64,000 nt of DNA from the human T2T-CHM13v2.0 reference genome, Homo sapiens, in the NCBI RefSeq assembly GCF_009914755.1, contig NC_060926.1. One strand, given 5' to 3'. This document shows, piece by piece, positions 15,686 through 29,978 of the stretch; position 1 is the first letter of the stretch; every line of letters starts with the position of its first letter. The translations under genes and the position numbers were made by a program. The notes under the pieces are model-generated. The model saw nothing but the letters and a program-made list of their open reading frames with translations, made no database searches and was not told where the DNA came from.

Positions 15686-15930
15686 CTTTATTTTTTATTT
15701 TTTGTAGAGACGGGGTCTCATTATATTGCCCAGGCTGGTGTCGAACTCCTGGCTTCAAGCAGTCCTCTTGCTGCATGCTCCACCATGCCTGGCTAATTTT
15801 TGTATTTTTTTGTAGAGATTAAGTTTTTGCCATGTTGCCCAGACTGGTCTCAAACTGCTGAGCTCAAGCGATCTGCCTGCCTCTGCCTCCCAAAGTGCTG
15901 GGGTTACAGGCGTGAGTCAACATGCCAGCC
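15686..15930 (-). mobile_element. Atypical AluJ/FLAM dimer of two left-type monomers
   Basis: Both halves read GTAGAGA..GCCCAG(G/A)CTGGT.TC(G/A)AACT; TSD GAAGAAGTACTTT at 15673-15685 and 15932-15944. Confidence 0.8.
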
Positions 15931-16614
15931 AGAAGAAGTACTTTTAATTTAATTTTGAATTTCACCTGCAAACATCTGCATGAGATCACATTCAGAGTAA
16001 TGATTCTTAGGCTTTGTAGAGAGTGTGGAATTGTTGTCTAGGTAAGTTTCTTTCATTGGTTCAGATGTGGGCCTCTTGAAAGGGAACATTGTAGATGAGA
16101 TCATATGCCAAGGCTACCTCCTCATTGGTGATATCCTGTTTCAGTTCTCATTATAGTTCTAAACAGATCAGAAAAACTTTTTTTTTTTGATGATTCATTG
16201 GCCTTTGAGAACAATGAAAACATGTTGTTTTGGCCTTAGTTGATCTCAGGGATGCCATTCCTTTATGTACTTACTTTTTAGTTAAAAGGATTCAGCAACT
16301 GTCAGAGAATCAAACTGACTTTGCAATGTTTTGGCATCTTATTGCTAGAACTACTGATAGATATGGTATCTCAAGGATGACATGCAAGGACTTTTCCTAG
16401 TTGGTCCCCACTACTACTTTTCTTCCCAATATGATATGAGGAATTCTGAATTGGCTCTTTTGTAAAGTTTTCAGGGTGGCAGGCAACACAGTGACAAGAA
16501 CACTTGTAAACAGTTTATTTACATTCAATGGATTATATTTAATCATTTTATAGTTAATTTGCGTAAATCTCTCTCTGTGGAATGTCCACGAAAATGTTTT
16601 TGGTTGGTGACAAG

Positions 16615-16790
16615 CAACATGGTAGAGATGCAGAGAGTCGTGAGGCCCGGATTGTAGCCCAAGATCTGTTATCCTCTTTCTGTGTGATCTTGGGCAAGCC
16701 ATTATCTCCTCTGAGTTGGTTTTCTCATCTGTGAAGAAGACAGATTACAACATCTCTGAAGCTTTACATCTTAAAGTTCTAAAACTTTTC
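16615..16790 (+). mobile_element. MIR
   Basis: TGTGTGATCTTGGGCAAGCCATTATCTCCTCTGAG core. Confidence 0.7.
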
Positions 16791-17574
16791 TGTTTAATAG
16801 TTAAATATATATAAATTTTCTACTCAAAGTTTTTTTTTTAGAAAATAAATGGGATTTTGGCTTCTATATAAGTAACAATTATACAAGACATTGTAAATCC
16901 CAATCTATGATTTATAGGTTCTAATTGAAATACTTCTCATGTTCATGTCTGCATAGTGCCAACACATGTGGATAATGATGACTTTGCATAAGATTTTGTC
17001 TGTATGAGTTTCAGCTTTCAGTGGAAAGCTGGGTAGTTAAGAACCACACTATCCAAGAAGCTGGGAAATGACTTATTTTGATTAATCAAAATACAATGTA
17101 CAGATAAGCTGGTTGAGATACCCGAATCTGACAGGACATTTAAAATAAACTGGCAAAGATTTATATGAGCCAGTCTGGCTGCAGTGTGCACCTGGTGGGT
17201 TGTCTGGAAGCTTTGATGAATTAGTAGTGATGTCAGAAGACTTCACTATAATTCTAGGCTAGAATATTGCCATAGGGATGCAGCAGAGGACATCTGGTTT
17301 CACTTCAATTTATCCATCAGAGCCAACAATTTGAGTGCTACAGGGACAAGCCCTAGAGAAGCAGATTTTAATACCATGCACCTGATCTATGATGGGTTCT
17401 TATTTTTGAGAATGGATGGGTATGTTTAAGTACATTTTTAAAAATTGTAGTACAAAAGTAATACATGCTCACTGTAAGACATTGAAAACTACTGAAGCAT
17501 ATACATTTAAAATATCCTCACCCCCAGCCACCCCAACTCTCACTCTCCTACGGCAGCCAGTATAAGCAAAATTT

Positions 17575-17935
17575 TATATACTTTATTGAGGTGTTATTGA
17601 CATTCAAAAAGCTGTATGTATTTAAAGTATACAACTTGATGAGTTTGGAGGTGAGTAGAGGCCTGTGAAACCATCACCACAATGTATGCCATAAACATAC
17701 TCATGACGTCCAAGAGTTTTCTTCTGCCCTCTTTATGATGGTGATTAGAACATTTCACATAAGATCTCTTTGTGAACTTTTAAGTGTGTGATACAGTGTT
17801 GTTAACTCTAGGTACTATCCTGTCCAGTAGATCCGTAGGACTTGTTAATCTTGCATAACTGAAACTTAAACTTTGTACCCTTTGACCAATTCCTCCCAGT
17901 TTTCTCCTCCTCTCGGACTCTGGAAAGCCACTATA
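17575..17935 (-). mobile_element. L1MA9/L1MB-type 3' end
   Basis: CTTTATTGAGGTGTTATTGACA...TTTAAAGTATACAACTTGATGAGTTTGG...CTTGCATAACTGAAACT. Confidence 0.8.
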
Positions 17936-18244
17936 AATTTTATATAGATCTTTGTAGGCCTTTTTCTAAGTATCCCACTATTATATTATATTATTGTAAT
18001 TTAGAATTTTAGACTTGACTGAATGCAGATAATTTTGCATTCTGTGGACTGATATGAAGAAGCCCTTTAATATTTTTCAGTAAAATTGATAGTCTATCAG
18101 TATACTCAAATATTTGTCCTGAGCTTCTTGCCATGGGCCAGTCTTGGGCAGTTTTCTAACTTAAATAGTGATCTTGCTTAACCTAAGTCATGTAGAGCTT
18201 GTTCAGTGTTGGATAAGGAGATGGTGAACTATAAATAGTATAAG

Positions 18245-18343
18245 GATATAATTTATCATCCAAACTGGGACATTTTGAGAGTCCTTAATAATTACACTGG
18301 GACAACAGGTGTAAGCTGGGACCGTTGGACATTTGGTCACTCT
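18245..18343 (+). mobile_element. MER94-like hAT-Blackjack MITE
   Basis: ATATAATTTATCATCCAAACTGGGACATTTTGAGAGT...ATAATTACACTGGGACAACAGGTGTAA...TGGTCACTCT. Confidence 0.7.
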
Positions 18344-18599
18344 AAAAGTTGACACCAGCACACTTGGGACCACTTGCTTTCCAGTTCTGTTCCATGGTTC
18401 CTCATTCCTGTGGGATGATATAGCTGTGAACTCTACTGCATTTGGTCATTGACCTTAAATGAACTGATGGTTGATCGCCTCTTGCCCTTTGGCTTCTGTA
18501 ATAGAGAAACCACAGTATTTCTTAGGGAGACTTGTTAGCACCCAACATCAGACTAAGTTTCTTAATTCCATAATCATCTAGTGTCTGTTCTTTCCACTT

Positions 18600-19130
18600 C
18601 TCACTTCCTAGTCTCTTCTCAGTTGCCTCCAGCTGGGCTTCTCTTGCCACCATTCCACAAAATCAGCTTTTGTTTATGCCATTTATGACCTCCATGTTCA
18701 CAAATCTAGGGGTAATCACATCTCTGTCGTTAGTTGATACAGTTGATCGTTCCTTCCTTCTCAGAATATGTTCTTCCCCTTATTCCTGTGACTGCACGCT
18801 TTTCCAGCTTCTCCCCACTTTCCAGTGCTGCCTTCTTAGTATCCTCTGCTGAATGCTTCTCTGCTTGTCCTCTGTGTTGAATTGCCCCAGGGCCCTTTCC
18901 TACCCACAGTCACACTTTTGTGGATGTAGTAATCATCTTCATGTTGGTGAATGGTTGTACCATGTACTGAAATGGAAACACAGAGAGGAGCAGGTTTAAT
19001 GTGGGGTGGGGAAGTGGAAGGTCAAAGGCTCTGTTTTGGGTTTAAGATGTCTGTTACAGGCCTGGATGACAATGTCAAGTGGGCAGTTAGATGCATGAGT
19101 CTTGAGCTCAGTGGCAGGATCAGGCCTGAT
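18600..19130. mobile_element. L2 fragments (sense ~18600-18900, antisense ~18950-19130)
   Basis: TGATACAGTTGATCGTTCCTTCCTTCTC; GTCAAGTGGGCAGTTAGATGCATGAGTCTTGAGCTCAG. Confidence 0.6.
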
Positions 19131-20154
19131 GAGTTCTGTCATCCAGCCTATGTAATTTACTGAGCAGTTAATGGCGTGCTACACATTTTTGGAGTTATAA
19201 TTACAGTTTAGGCTCTCTACCTTCTCACCAGATCATCCCTAAAGCCTTTAACCTGGACTGGCTAGATGAAGTGTCCCTTGGTATTCTGTTCCAATTCTTT
19301 CTTTCTCATCACGCTCATTCTCTGTCATCCTGTGAGTCACCACATGTCCCGTAACGCCACAGGCAACCATTCCTTACTCATACAAGAGCGGATACATTAT
19401 CATAGGTATCTTACACCGTGTCAGCAGTTATTCAAAAGCCAATCTTTAAATTATGCAGCTTTTCTGCCTCAACTGGTCTTCATCAGCTGTTTATCACCAT
19501 ATTTCTATTGCTAATTGCATAAATGAAGACAGATGCAGGAAACTCTGGATGTGGGATGTCTTCTTTGAAAACGAATGCTGCTAACGCCATTTTCAGAACG
19601 TCTGCTACAAAATTCCTTCTATAAAATGGTAGCTATCACATATGTGTGTGAATGTATGTGTATATATGTGTGAACACACGCAGACACATACACAGTTGGG
19701 GTTGCAGCTGTTCCTCACAGTTGTCCGATAATCTGTTAACTGAGGTAGTGTCCATACAGTTTCTTTGAGGCATAAAATGATTATACACTGGGCAGCAAAA
19801 CTGCAGCCTATTTTTCTACTCTGATAGTTTCATTTGTGTTACCTCTTCAAGAAGAAGATTAGAATTAAATTGACTAGGCAAGCAAAGCTGAAAATTGAAT
19901 TAATTTCAGATTTGTAATAAAAAATGGGATCTCTCCTACTCAGTGTTAACTAGGACCCTGTAGGCTATACAAACTAAACTGACAGTCTCTCATTAAAATG
20001 ATATTTTCTCCAGTGAAATGTACTGGCACTAAATAGTCTCTGAAATGCTTTATGCTGCAGGAACACAGCTGCCTTCAGGATTATGGAACTGAGAGCAGTT
20101 TTCATGAATCCCGTGGAAGCCACAGCATTTATTAAATTGTTGCAATTTTACCAA

Positions 20155-20420
20155 CTATTTATGAAATTCCTGCTTTGTGCCAGACATTGTGCTAGGCAGT
20201 TTGGATAAGGAAGGTAGTTCATGATTCTTGTGATGAAAGAGCTTCCAATCTAATAGGAGAAAGTGTTACATATAAAACGAAGCTTGAAGTGACTTGGTTA
20301 GTGGTGTGAGAGAAGTGCTATGGAAATATGAACAGAGGTGACTAATTCTATCCAGTTGGTTTGGATAAGAAGGAAATGAGTAATGAGAGGTGTGGACTTT
20401 GAAGGATTTCACCAGGAAGA
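20155..20420 (-). mobile_element. L2 3' end
   Basis: TGTGCCAGACATTGTGCTAGGC...AGAGCTTCCAATCTAATAGGAGA. Confidence 0.6.
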
Positions 20421-20594
20421 AAATAGTCATATGGAACGGTGAAAATTATAAAACATTTCATGTCAAGTTAAATACTATGGAATTAATTCGATTTTTACTA
20501 TATGGTTTGCCTTTAAGGAGATTTGATAATTTCATTCCAAGATACAATTTCCCCTAAACTGAGGCTACCTTTTTGTTTGTAAGAGTGGCAAAAA

Positions 20595-20810
20595 TTTACT
20601 GAATGCCTACCATGTGCTGTGTGTGTATGTACATTCCCTTATTCTACACATAACAGCAGCTCTGCGGTGTAGTTAACATTGTCAACAGTAGATGGGAGAG
20701 GTCAGGAGACTTGTGCATGGTTACACAGCTGGTAAGTGGCAGAGCTGGGCTTCACACCCAGGTCTGTTCCTCTGCAGAGACCATGTGTTTCTCCCACAGA
20801 ACACTGCCTT
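20595..20810 (-). mobile_element. MIR
   Basis: GGTTACACAGCTGGTAAGTGGCAGAGCTGGG core. Confidence 0.7.
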
Positions 20811-21954
20811 TCTCACACAGGACTGTTAACAGCTGTGACTGCTGGTCGACGAGGGTGATGACATTGTCAGAGTCCACGTGTACAATTCTGGATTAATTTA
20901 ACCAGATGCTACATTTGGGGAAGTCTTGGAACCAAATACTTCTCAGTATTTTGTTGACTTGATGGTCTGAGAGCTTAGGTGTTGGTTAGGCCCAGGGTAG
21001 GGCAACACTGACCTTTCCTTCTGTCCTCATGTCCGAAAGTGACTGGATCTTGGAGGATGAGTCCCAGTTGCTAAAGAGAGTGGTAAGCCTCTCAGTGGCC
21101 CCAGATGAGCTGCCTCAGGAGTGCCAGCCTGTGGGCGGCTGGGTGAGCTAACTGTCCAGCTAGAGGCTGTGGCTCTCCCCTAAGGTACTAATGGTTAAGG
21201 CTGCTGGCTATATGAGAGATATTTTCTCTTGGAAGTAACCAGAGCTACACTAAGTGACCTCAGTCCTTGAAGACTAGAAGGCTCCACTGAGCAGTGAGGC
21301 TGAGCATGTAGCCCAAAGCCGGGGCAGCAAGACACTAGGACAAGTTTCAGAACTGCGTTCCCTGAGCACTTCTATGTGCCCACCTCTTTTCTGTCAGTGT
21401 TCCAAGCCAGACTGTCAAATTGCTTATCTCAGATCCGTAACTGAGCCCAGTCTTCCCCTCCTGGGCCAGTGGCAGATCATGCCTGGAAGGCTGAGCTTTC
21501 TTCCACCCCTCATCATTCAAGAAAGGAAGAGACATTATTCATCTTTGGAGGGGAATTTCAAGACTAAAGGAGATGTATGAAGTATTGGTTTCTGACATCT
21601 ATGTCTCTAGGCAAAACATCACTAGGCAATTATTTCCAATTTACATTGTCTAAGCTCTCAGATGTCCATGGAAGGAGCCACATTTCTGTCTCTCTTCTTT
21701 CATCTACTGTATTTACAACTGGGAACTTCTTTCTTGCAGCTAACTTTAAGTTTGCACACTTTATTTGAACATCCATATCTGTTTCTTCTGTGCTCAGGAA
21801 TTATGAAATTAGCGCTTCTCCTAAGGAAAAGTATCACAGAATTTTCTCCCAGAGGCATCTTAGTGTGGCATGAGAGCATAAGCTTTGGAGTCAGATCTAG
21901 ATTCAAATCTGTTTCTGCTACATACCATCAATTCGATTTGATGACTGGCACAGG

Positions 21955-22200
21955 GCCTCCTTTTTTCTTGTTCCTTTGCTGTCCTCAAGAAGTGGCTGCT
22001 CCCACTCCAGCCTTCATGTCTGCATTCCAGCCAGCAGGAGGAGAAAGAGGGGCACTGCTAAGAACACTTCCTGGAAGTTGCACACATGACTTCCATTTTC
22101 ATCCCAGGGGCCAGAGCATGGTTGAATGGCCACACCCAGCAGACTCCAAGGGAAGCTAGGAAATGTCTTTATTCTTGGCATTTATTTCTGTAAAAGAAGA
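21955..22200. mobile_element. Old MLT1 (J/K-like) LTR fragment
   Basis: ATGTCTGCATTCCAGCCAGCAGGA...ATGGCCACACCCAGC...AAGGGAAGCTAGGAAATGT. Confidence 0.6.
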
Positions 22201-22211
22201 GGAGTGATTAT

Positions 22212-22530
22212 CATAGGTTGAGTTTCCTAGGAAGCAGCTCTGAGACGAAGTTCAGCTTGCAAAATGTTTATTGGATCAGTAGTGATGGAAGGGAGGGCAG
22301 AGAGAGAAGTCAGGATACTATGCAGGCTCCACAGGATGGTCAGGCCTTTATGTTCCTACATTGATCAGTCATTAGGTACAGGCCATTATGGGAAGAAGGG
22401 TGACTGTGGGTGAGGGAGCCGTTGGAAGTTGAGGTGATCCCTGAAGAGCCTGACAGACAGAGGCCTTCTGGCCAACAGCACTACCAGCAACATATCCTTC
22501 ATGGAAGGGGGTTCTGGATGGTTTTTAGCC
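22212..22530. mobile_element. ERVL LTR fragment (LTR33/LTR16-like)
   Basis: TAGGTTGAGTTTCCTAGGAAGCAGCTCTGAGAC...TGCAAAATGTTTATTGG. Confidence 0.5.
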
Positions 22531-23084
22531 TACATCACGGGGAGAATGGAAGAGCTAGCATCTCTGCTACACTACATCATAGGGTGGTTGTAAGGATCAA
22601 ATAAAATAAAACATAGAGGTCCTTTTGCAAGAGGACCTGGCTTATGGTAAGCATCCAATCTATCTTAGATGTGGTATTAGCATTTCCCAAAGTTATTTTT
22701 ACAAGATGTTTTTCTCCCCGAGGATCTTGTGGGACTAAAAGAGTTGGCATCCCTAGTCTAATGATCAAATTTAGAAAATAGTGTATTGCAAAATCTTTAT
22801 CTTCTACTCTGTGTGGATTGGTCTTTAGTCAATGCTTCTCCTAATGACTTGCATTAGAAAAGATAGTGTTGACATTGCTTTTGCCTTTGTTTTTCACCCA
22901 AGTGGAAATACAGAAAGTGCTTACAACATGTAAAATTCTGTATTGTTGACATTCATTACTTTTGTTAACAAATGTGTCACATAGAAATTTCCTGAAAATA
23001 TGATCAAAAAATGAAAAAGCAAATACTTAGTGAGCAGACATGCAGTGGGGGGACCTTCCTACCCAGTGTGAGCCAGCATTTCTC

Positions 23085-23735
23085 ACCTGTGCCTCTATAG
23101 TAGTCTAACTGGTGTGCCAGTTCCCACTTTTTGCTCCAGGTATAGTCTATTCATTATGGTAGCCAAAATAAGCCTTTAAAATTTTTAAATCAATCTTACC
23201 AATTCCTTTTACTCTCAACCCTTGCTGCCCAGTGTATTGACAGTGAAATGCGGAGTCCTTGCCATTCCTCGCTAGGCCCTGCAGGCACTGGCCCCTAGCC
23301 ACTTCTCTGACCCCATTTCTGTCCCAGCCATTTTGCTCTAGCCACACTGGCTTCTTTGCTATTTCTCAGATAAACCAAGCAAGTGTCTGACTCAGGACTT
23401 TTGGACTTGTTCTTTCCCGTGCCTGAAACGCTCCTCCCCTCGATTTGGCCTTGGCTTACTCCCTCATTTTGTGCAGATTTCTGTGCTCCTCCTAACCTCA
23501 TTGGAGGCCTTTCCTGACCTCTTTATATAAAATTGCACCTCTTGTCACCCTTTATCTCTCTCACCCTATTTTATTTTATTCATAGCACTTATTACAACCT
23601 AAAACTGTGTATTTAATGTTTATTGTTCATTGTATGACCAGACTACAGGATCTAAGAGAGCAGGGCCTTTGTTTTTGCTTATTGCTATATCCCCAGGAGA
23701 GTGCCTGGCTTCAAGCATGCACTCCACAAATTTTT
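23085..23735 (+). mobile_element. L2a 3' portion
   Basis: CCACACTGGCTTCTTTGCTATTTCTC; CATAGCACTTATTACAACCT; GAGCAGGGCCTTTGTTTT. Confidence 0.75.
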
Positions 23736-24109
23736 GCAAGTGGAGGAGTGAGTGTGCTGGATTCTGGAAGTACAGTAGTACCCTGCCCTTGTGGAATGGG
23801 AATATATAGTCTACAACTAAAACCCATTCTAACAGAAGATGCAATAAAAATTATAGAATTTTCTCTTTAAATATATTATTGTTGTAAATACCCATAGGGT
23901 TTCTAATATTGAGCCATCCTTGCATTCCTGTGACAACCTTACTTGGTCATGATACACAATTATTTTATAATAATATACTATTCTTAAGATTTGGTTTGCC
24001 ATTATGTATTCTATTTAATATTGGCAAGTAAGAATGGTTTTCTGTAGCTTTATGATGTCTTTATCTAGTTTTGATAACCATAAGCCTTATCCTGGTTATA
24101 CCAGCCTCA

Positions 24110-24305
24110 CAGGGGTTCAACCTGCCTTATTTTGTTGTTGTTGTTGTTGTGTTTTGTTTTGCCTTAGGCTTTTAGCAGCCCAAAGCCATGTTTTTTAGTT
24201 TCTGACTCTAGTGATAAGTGGAAAAGGAGGAGGAGAAAGGGGCTTTATTGGCCCAACCAGAAACAGAGACTAAGAACCCATGACTATATTCTCTCCCTTG
24301 TCAAG
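24110..24305. mobile_element. MER107-like hAT-Charlie MITE
   Basis: CCAACCAGAAACAGAGACTAAGAACCCATGACTATATTCTCTCCCTTG with an internal (TTG)n; MER30-like termini. Confidence 0.65.
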
Positions 24306-24608
24306 AACTCTGTTAATCTAGGTTTTACAGAACTTGCCTGTAAAACTGCCTGGGCTCGGTACCTTCGTGTTGGGTAGAAATTTGTCTTTATACATTTTGC
24401 GATTATTGCCCCATTTAATTAGTTCCCTTTTCTTGAGTCAGTTTTTATACTTTTATTTTCTGGGAAAGCTTTTATCTATATTTTTGAATATAGGTAGTAG
24501 GCTCATAAAATCTTACACGTATATTTTCTAATATTGCTTATTTGTGTTTTCTTTCACTGGTTTTAATCAAGCTTGGCAAATTTTTTTCTACTGTATTGTT
24601 GTTTCATT

Positions 24609-24717
24609 TATGATCCCTTTGATGAGGGGATCATTAGAAGCCCCAACTCCAGCATTATGCAATACATGCAGGAAATGAACATGCACATGTATTCCCTGAA
24701 TCTACTAGAAAAAAGAA
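24609..24717 (+). mobile_element. Short L1PB-type 3' terminal fragment
   Basis: GGGATCATTAGAAGCCCCAACTCCAGCATTATGCAATA...GCACATGTATTCCCTGAATCTA followed by an A-rich end. Confidence 0.75.
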
Positions 24718-26616
24718 TGTCTCCTCCCTCCCCTCCTGTGCCACCCCACCCCCACGTCCTGTTTCTAACTCAACCTTGGATATTTTACAACATATATTCA
24801 GTTTGAAAGCTAATACTGATACCTTGCTTTATATGAACATTTGTATACTGGGACCCTGGTGAGGGACTGACTTCATTGGGATAGTTTATGGCTTAATGCA
24901 TCTATGTGACTTATGTCTTGTTTTCTCTAAGTATTTATCCTAATAAATTTAAGAGATTCTTTGGTTTAAAAAAAACACCTTTGATTTTGTTCATTGAGTC
25001 TACTTTGTTGTTATTTTATTCCGTTTCATTAGGGTCTCTTTTTATTCTACCACAATTGCCAGAGTAAGGACAGCTTTATTGCCAGCTGCAGCTTTGCTGT
25101 CCACATCGCCCTGTGAGGCCTGGAGTCCCCAAAGACTCTAACCTACTGATATTTGACCTCAATACTCACAGAAGGAAGTCTGCTAGCCCTGAAAATGAAT
25201 ACTTCCTTTGGTGCAAATCTTAAGGTTTTAGCATGGAGCCAAATGCCTTCTCACTGCCAGCAAATTATTTAGGGTGGGGGTGGAGGAGTTGTGATGGTGG
25301 AGTGATGGAGAGGAGCCTATAAGTAGTCCAGCTGCTCTGCAGGATATCATTTAGTTGAGCGTCCTGATGGCTTCTTGACTCTGAGCTTGGACTTTTATGC
25401 TCACTTTTTATTGCAGGCTTTTTGCTTTGGGTTCCATGTAAATCTGAGTCCTTCGCTTTCTGTCTTCCACATAGACCTCAAAACTTTTGGTCCACTATTA
25501 GCACCATTTCTCAGTACTTAATTTTTAACAAAACAAGACACTGGTATGATCTTGCTTTGGAAAGGGGAAATGTAATTACTATCTTGGTGTGTCCTTATGG
25601 TCCTCATTTAACTCCTGTATTTTGTCATTGGCCATGTGGGAGAGATGGGAGTCATGAGTTCTGTTGGGCACTGGAATCTTTTTCTCACCCCAGAGTGACC
25701 AATCTGCCCTCAGCTTAGTGATTTCAGGAGCAGGAGGAGCCCTTTCCATGGCTGGGTACATGGAGTGTTACATTAATGGGTGCTTGCTCGAAAGTACCCA
25801 TGTTTTCTTTGGTAAAGAAACTATCTTAAAATCCAAGATGTGGGTTATTTGAGAATATGATTTATTTATAGCAAATTTCTTCTGACATCAAAATAGACTT
25901 CTGAATGAATTTAATAAAATTTTTGGGGAATATTTACATATGAAAAAATACCACTGGTTCTATTTTAAAATCTAAGCTTGTAGAGAAACAAAAGATAAAG
26001 AAAAAATGTTCAGCTCTATAAAAGATAATCTAGGCATTCATCACCTAAACTTTCAAAGAGTGGAAATAATGTCTTGACTTTCTGTTTTTTCTTCAACTGT
26101 TTGGGGTCATTTAGACATGTCAGGGTAAGAGTTTTTTTCCATTTATATGTATCTGTGAATCTCTAAATGTTTAGCTTATTTGGGATTATGTCAGAATGTG
26201 CAAATCCAGAATTAATTCTCAAAAGAAAGTGAGATAAAATCAGTTTAAGATGGCAAGTGAAGGATTTGTATAAGATTTCATTAAAGCTTATTAAATGTCG
26301 AAATTTATTCCTAAAGAAGGCTCTGAAGTTTGTGCTAAATATAGAAAGAGAAGGAGGAAGAGAGAAGGGGGAGAGGAGAGAGAAAAAAGAGTTTTCTGTC
26401 TGGGATGAGGAGAAAGTTGTACCCCCCTCCCAAACTGGGGCTGAACTATAATTCTGACCCTCAAAAGTCAGCTACGTTTCCAAATGAGGATTACCATCAT
26501 GGCCATTTTATCACTCTGTGCGAGATGCTGACACCATGCACTAAGTTTTGGGTCCCATGTATTTCTTTTTATTGTGGAAGAGAAAAAACTAAAATATAAT
26601 TAGAAGTGCATTGTTA

Positions 26617-26942
<326 letters not shown>

Positions 26943-27250
26943 TTAATAAATATATCAAATATATAAAATAACTTTCCTTACACTCTTTACAATTATGATA
27001 GTAAGAATGAACTAACACTTTACACTTTCACCTGAGAAATGACAGAGCTTCAGAATTTGATTTCTTTAACTGTAGAGTATTAATGAAATCCAAGATGGTA
27101 TTTTGAATGAAAGAACCAACAGGAAGAAAAAGCCATTTTGGTGACAGTCTCATGAACTTGTCAGTGGTAGAACTAGGGAAGATAATACAAAAGTTTTGAC
27201 ATCTCAGTTGCTTGCCACCCTATCTGACATGGCACTAGCTTGTTCTTTTA

Positions 27251-27572
<322 letters not shown>

Positions 27573-27588
27573 AGAATATAGGAAGGAG

Positions 27589-27948
<360 letters not shown>

Positions 27949-29069
27949 TTACAAAAATTTAAAAAGTGGAACAAGATGATTGTAAAACCTTCAAATGATA
28001 CGGAAATGTACAATAATACAGAGTTAGGAGGTGGGACTCCCACTCCCACCTCCTAATTCGGCTTTCCAAAGGTCCCTGCTATTCACGGTTGTATATTCTT
28101 CAAACATTTATCTGTGTAGAAGCTAACACATGCATTTAGCCAACTGAGAGGCATTTATTAATAATCGTTTACAGTTTTTTACTATTACAAATAATAACAC
28201 AATGAAATGCCTTTTTACCCATTAGTATAATATCTATTGAAATGTAATTAGAAATGAATAATTAGTTAGATATGATAAAAATGACTTTCAGTCTGTAAGG
28301 CTAAACAATTTACTAGACTAGATTGTTCAAAAATCAGAGTGATTTAATATACCTTAGCTTTTAGAATGCATTGGCAAAAATGACGTTTGTAGCTTTAGAC
28401 TTGCATAGATAGATAGTTGACTGTCCCAGAAATATTTGACCTGATACAGAGATCTTCTTTGCACATGCTTGCTTTCTAGAGAGGGCTGTACTGGAGTGAG
28501 TGGATAATAAGGCTCTTAGTTCTTCCTATATTCTCTATTCATTCTCCCCAGCAATTAAGGGAACTGTGTCTATAATATTGGAGATCTGGAGGAGAATTCA
28601 AGGTTAAAAAAGAAATACACCGTTATTATGTTAATTGTCTAAGATAATAATAATTTTGATTCCTTAGGGAACTACCTCAAATGTACTACACAGTTTTTGA
28701 TGGAATATTTGCAATCTGGCTATAAATATGGAATGATAACGGAATGAGATATTTTCATAGAAACATAGTAAAAGGATAATGCTGAAGAATAAACTACATT
28801 ATGGCTTGTGAGTCACACGAATAATGATTTGAATTATGTGACTGTGGAATTGTTGCATGAGTATAATAGATGGTTCATTCTTGCCTCTAAGCATTTGACA
28901 TGCTACTTATTATGAAGGTTCAAATCCCATGCTTATTTATAATTCTTTGGGCGGTTAAGAAAGGAATTATTAGCTCTGGCATCCTTTATTTGTATGTAAA
29001 AACGTGAAAGGTAATACTATATGGTTTTCTGTATAAGAGGATATACTACTGAATAGTAAAAATAACAAT

Positions 29070-29250
29070 TTACCTTTATTAAGTACTTACTACCTGCCTG
29101 CATTGCTCTGAGCACTTAAACATGGAATGATCCCAATGACCCAACTATATATACATATCTATTATTATCCCCTTTTTACATGCGAGGCATAGAAATGGTC
29201 AGTATCTTGCCCAGGGACACACAGCTAGTGAGTGGCAGGCTGGCATAAGT
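29070..29250 (-). mobile_element. MIR
   Basis: CTTGCCCAGGGACACACAGCTAGTGAGTGGCAG. Confidence 0.7.
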
Positions 29251-29683
29251 GTTGAGAGACTTTTCTGGCAGTGGTGATAGATTTGCAAGGAGCCAGTCAT
29301 CCATTTACATTCTTGTCGAGACCCTTCTGTGGCCAATAAATCGCATGGATTTTGAAAAAAGTGATTCAGGTAAGAAGATGCAGCTGATGGCTGTGGAATG
29401 GGAAATAGTGTCATTCTCAGATAATTGGTCCACATAGGAATTAAAATATTACCAGCATGCTTAAACTAAATTATGACACTTGCCCAAATTATGGCAGTCA
29501 CCCTCTACTTCACCTGAGTGAAAATTTTGAAATCTAATTGTATCTAGACAGTACTGACAAATCATTGAAGTTAGAGATTGCTAAATATGTTTTAAAGCTC
29601 ATATCTAATACTAAAAAACATACAAGTGTTATAGTGAAATACTAGCATGAATTTACAAGTATAAATAAATATATATATGTATA

Positions 29684-29978
29684 TTTTATTCTATTTTGAG
29701 ACAGGGTCTCATTCTGTCACCCAGGCTGGAGTGCAGTGGTGCGATCACACCTCATGCAGGCTTGACCTCTCTGGGCTCAAGTGATCCTCCCACTTCAGCC
29801 TCTCGAGTAGTTGGGACCACAGGCACATGCTGCCACGTCCCACTAATTTTTTTATTTTTTTAGAGATGGAGTTTAGCCATGTTAGCTGGGCTGGTCTTGA
29901 ACTCCTGGACTCAAGTGATCTGCCCACCTTGGCCTCCCAAAGTGCTGGGATCACAGGTGTGAGCCACCACTCCTGGAC
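29684..29978 (-). mobile_element. AluJ
   Basis: Full antisense Alu with J diagnostics. Confidence 0.9.

Larger units (their letters stand above)
23890..25050 (-). mobile_element. Old L1M ORF2 fragment, interrupted
   Basis: TTGAGCCATCCTTGCATTCCTG...CTTGGTCATGAT; GCCTGTAAAACTGCCTGGGC. Confidence 0.65.

Noticed and set aside
16000-16050. Possible microexon ending in TAG|GTAAGT
   Set aside because: Strong donor, but weak acceptor and no EML-like coding content; such motifs are common in long introns.
21662-22159. 165-aa plus-strand ORF
   Set aside because: It runs through MIR and MLT1 remnants, and its composition is non-coding-like.
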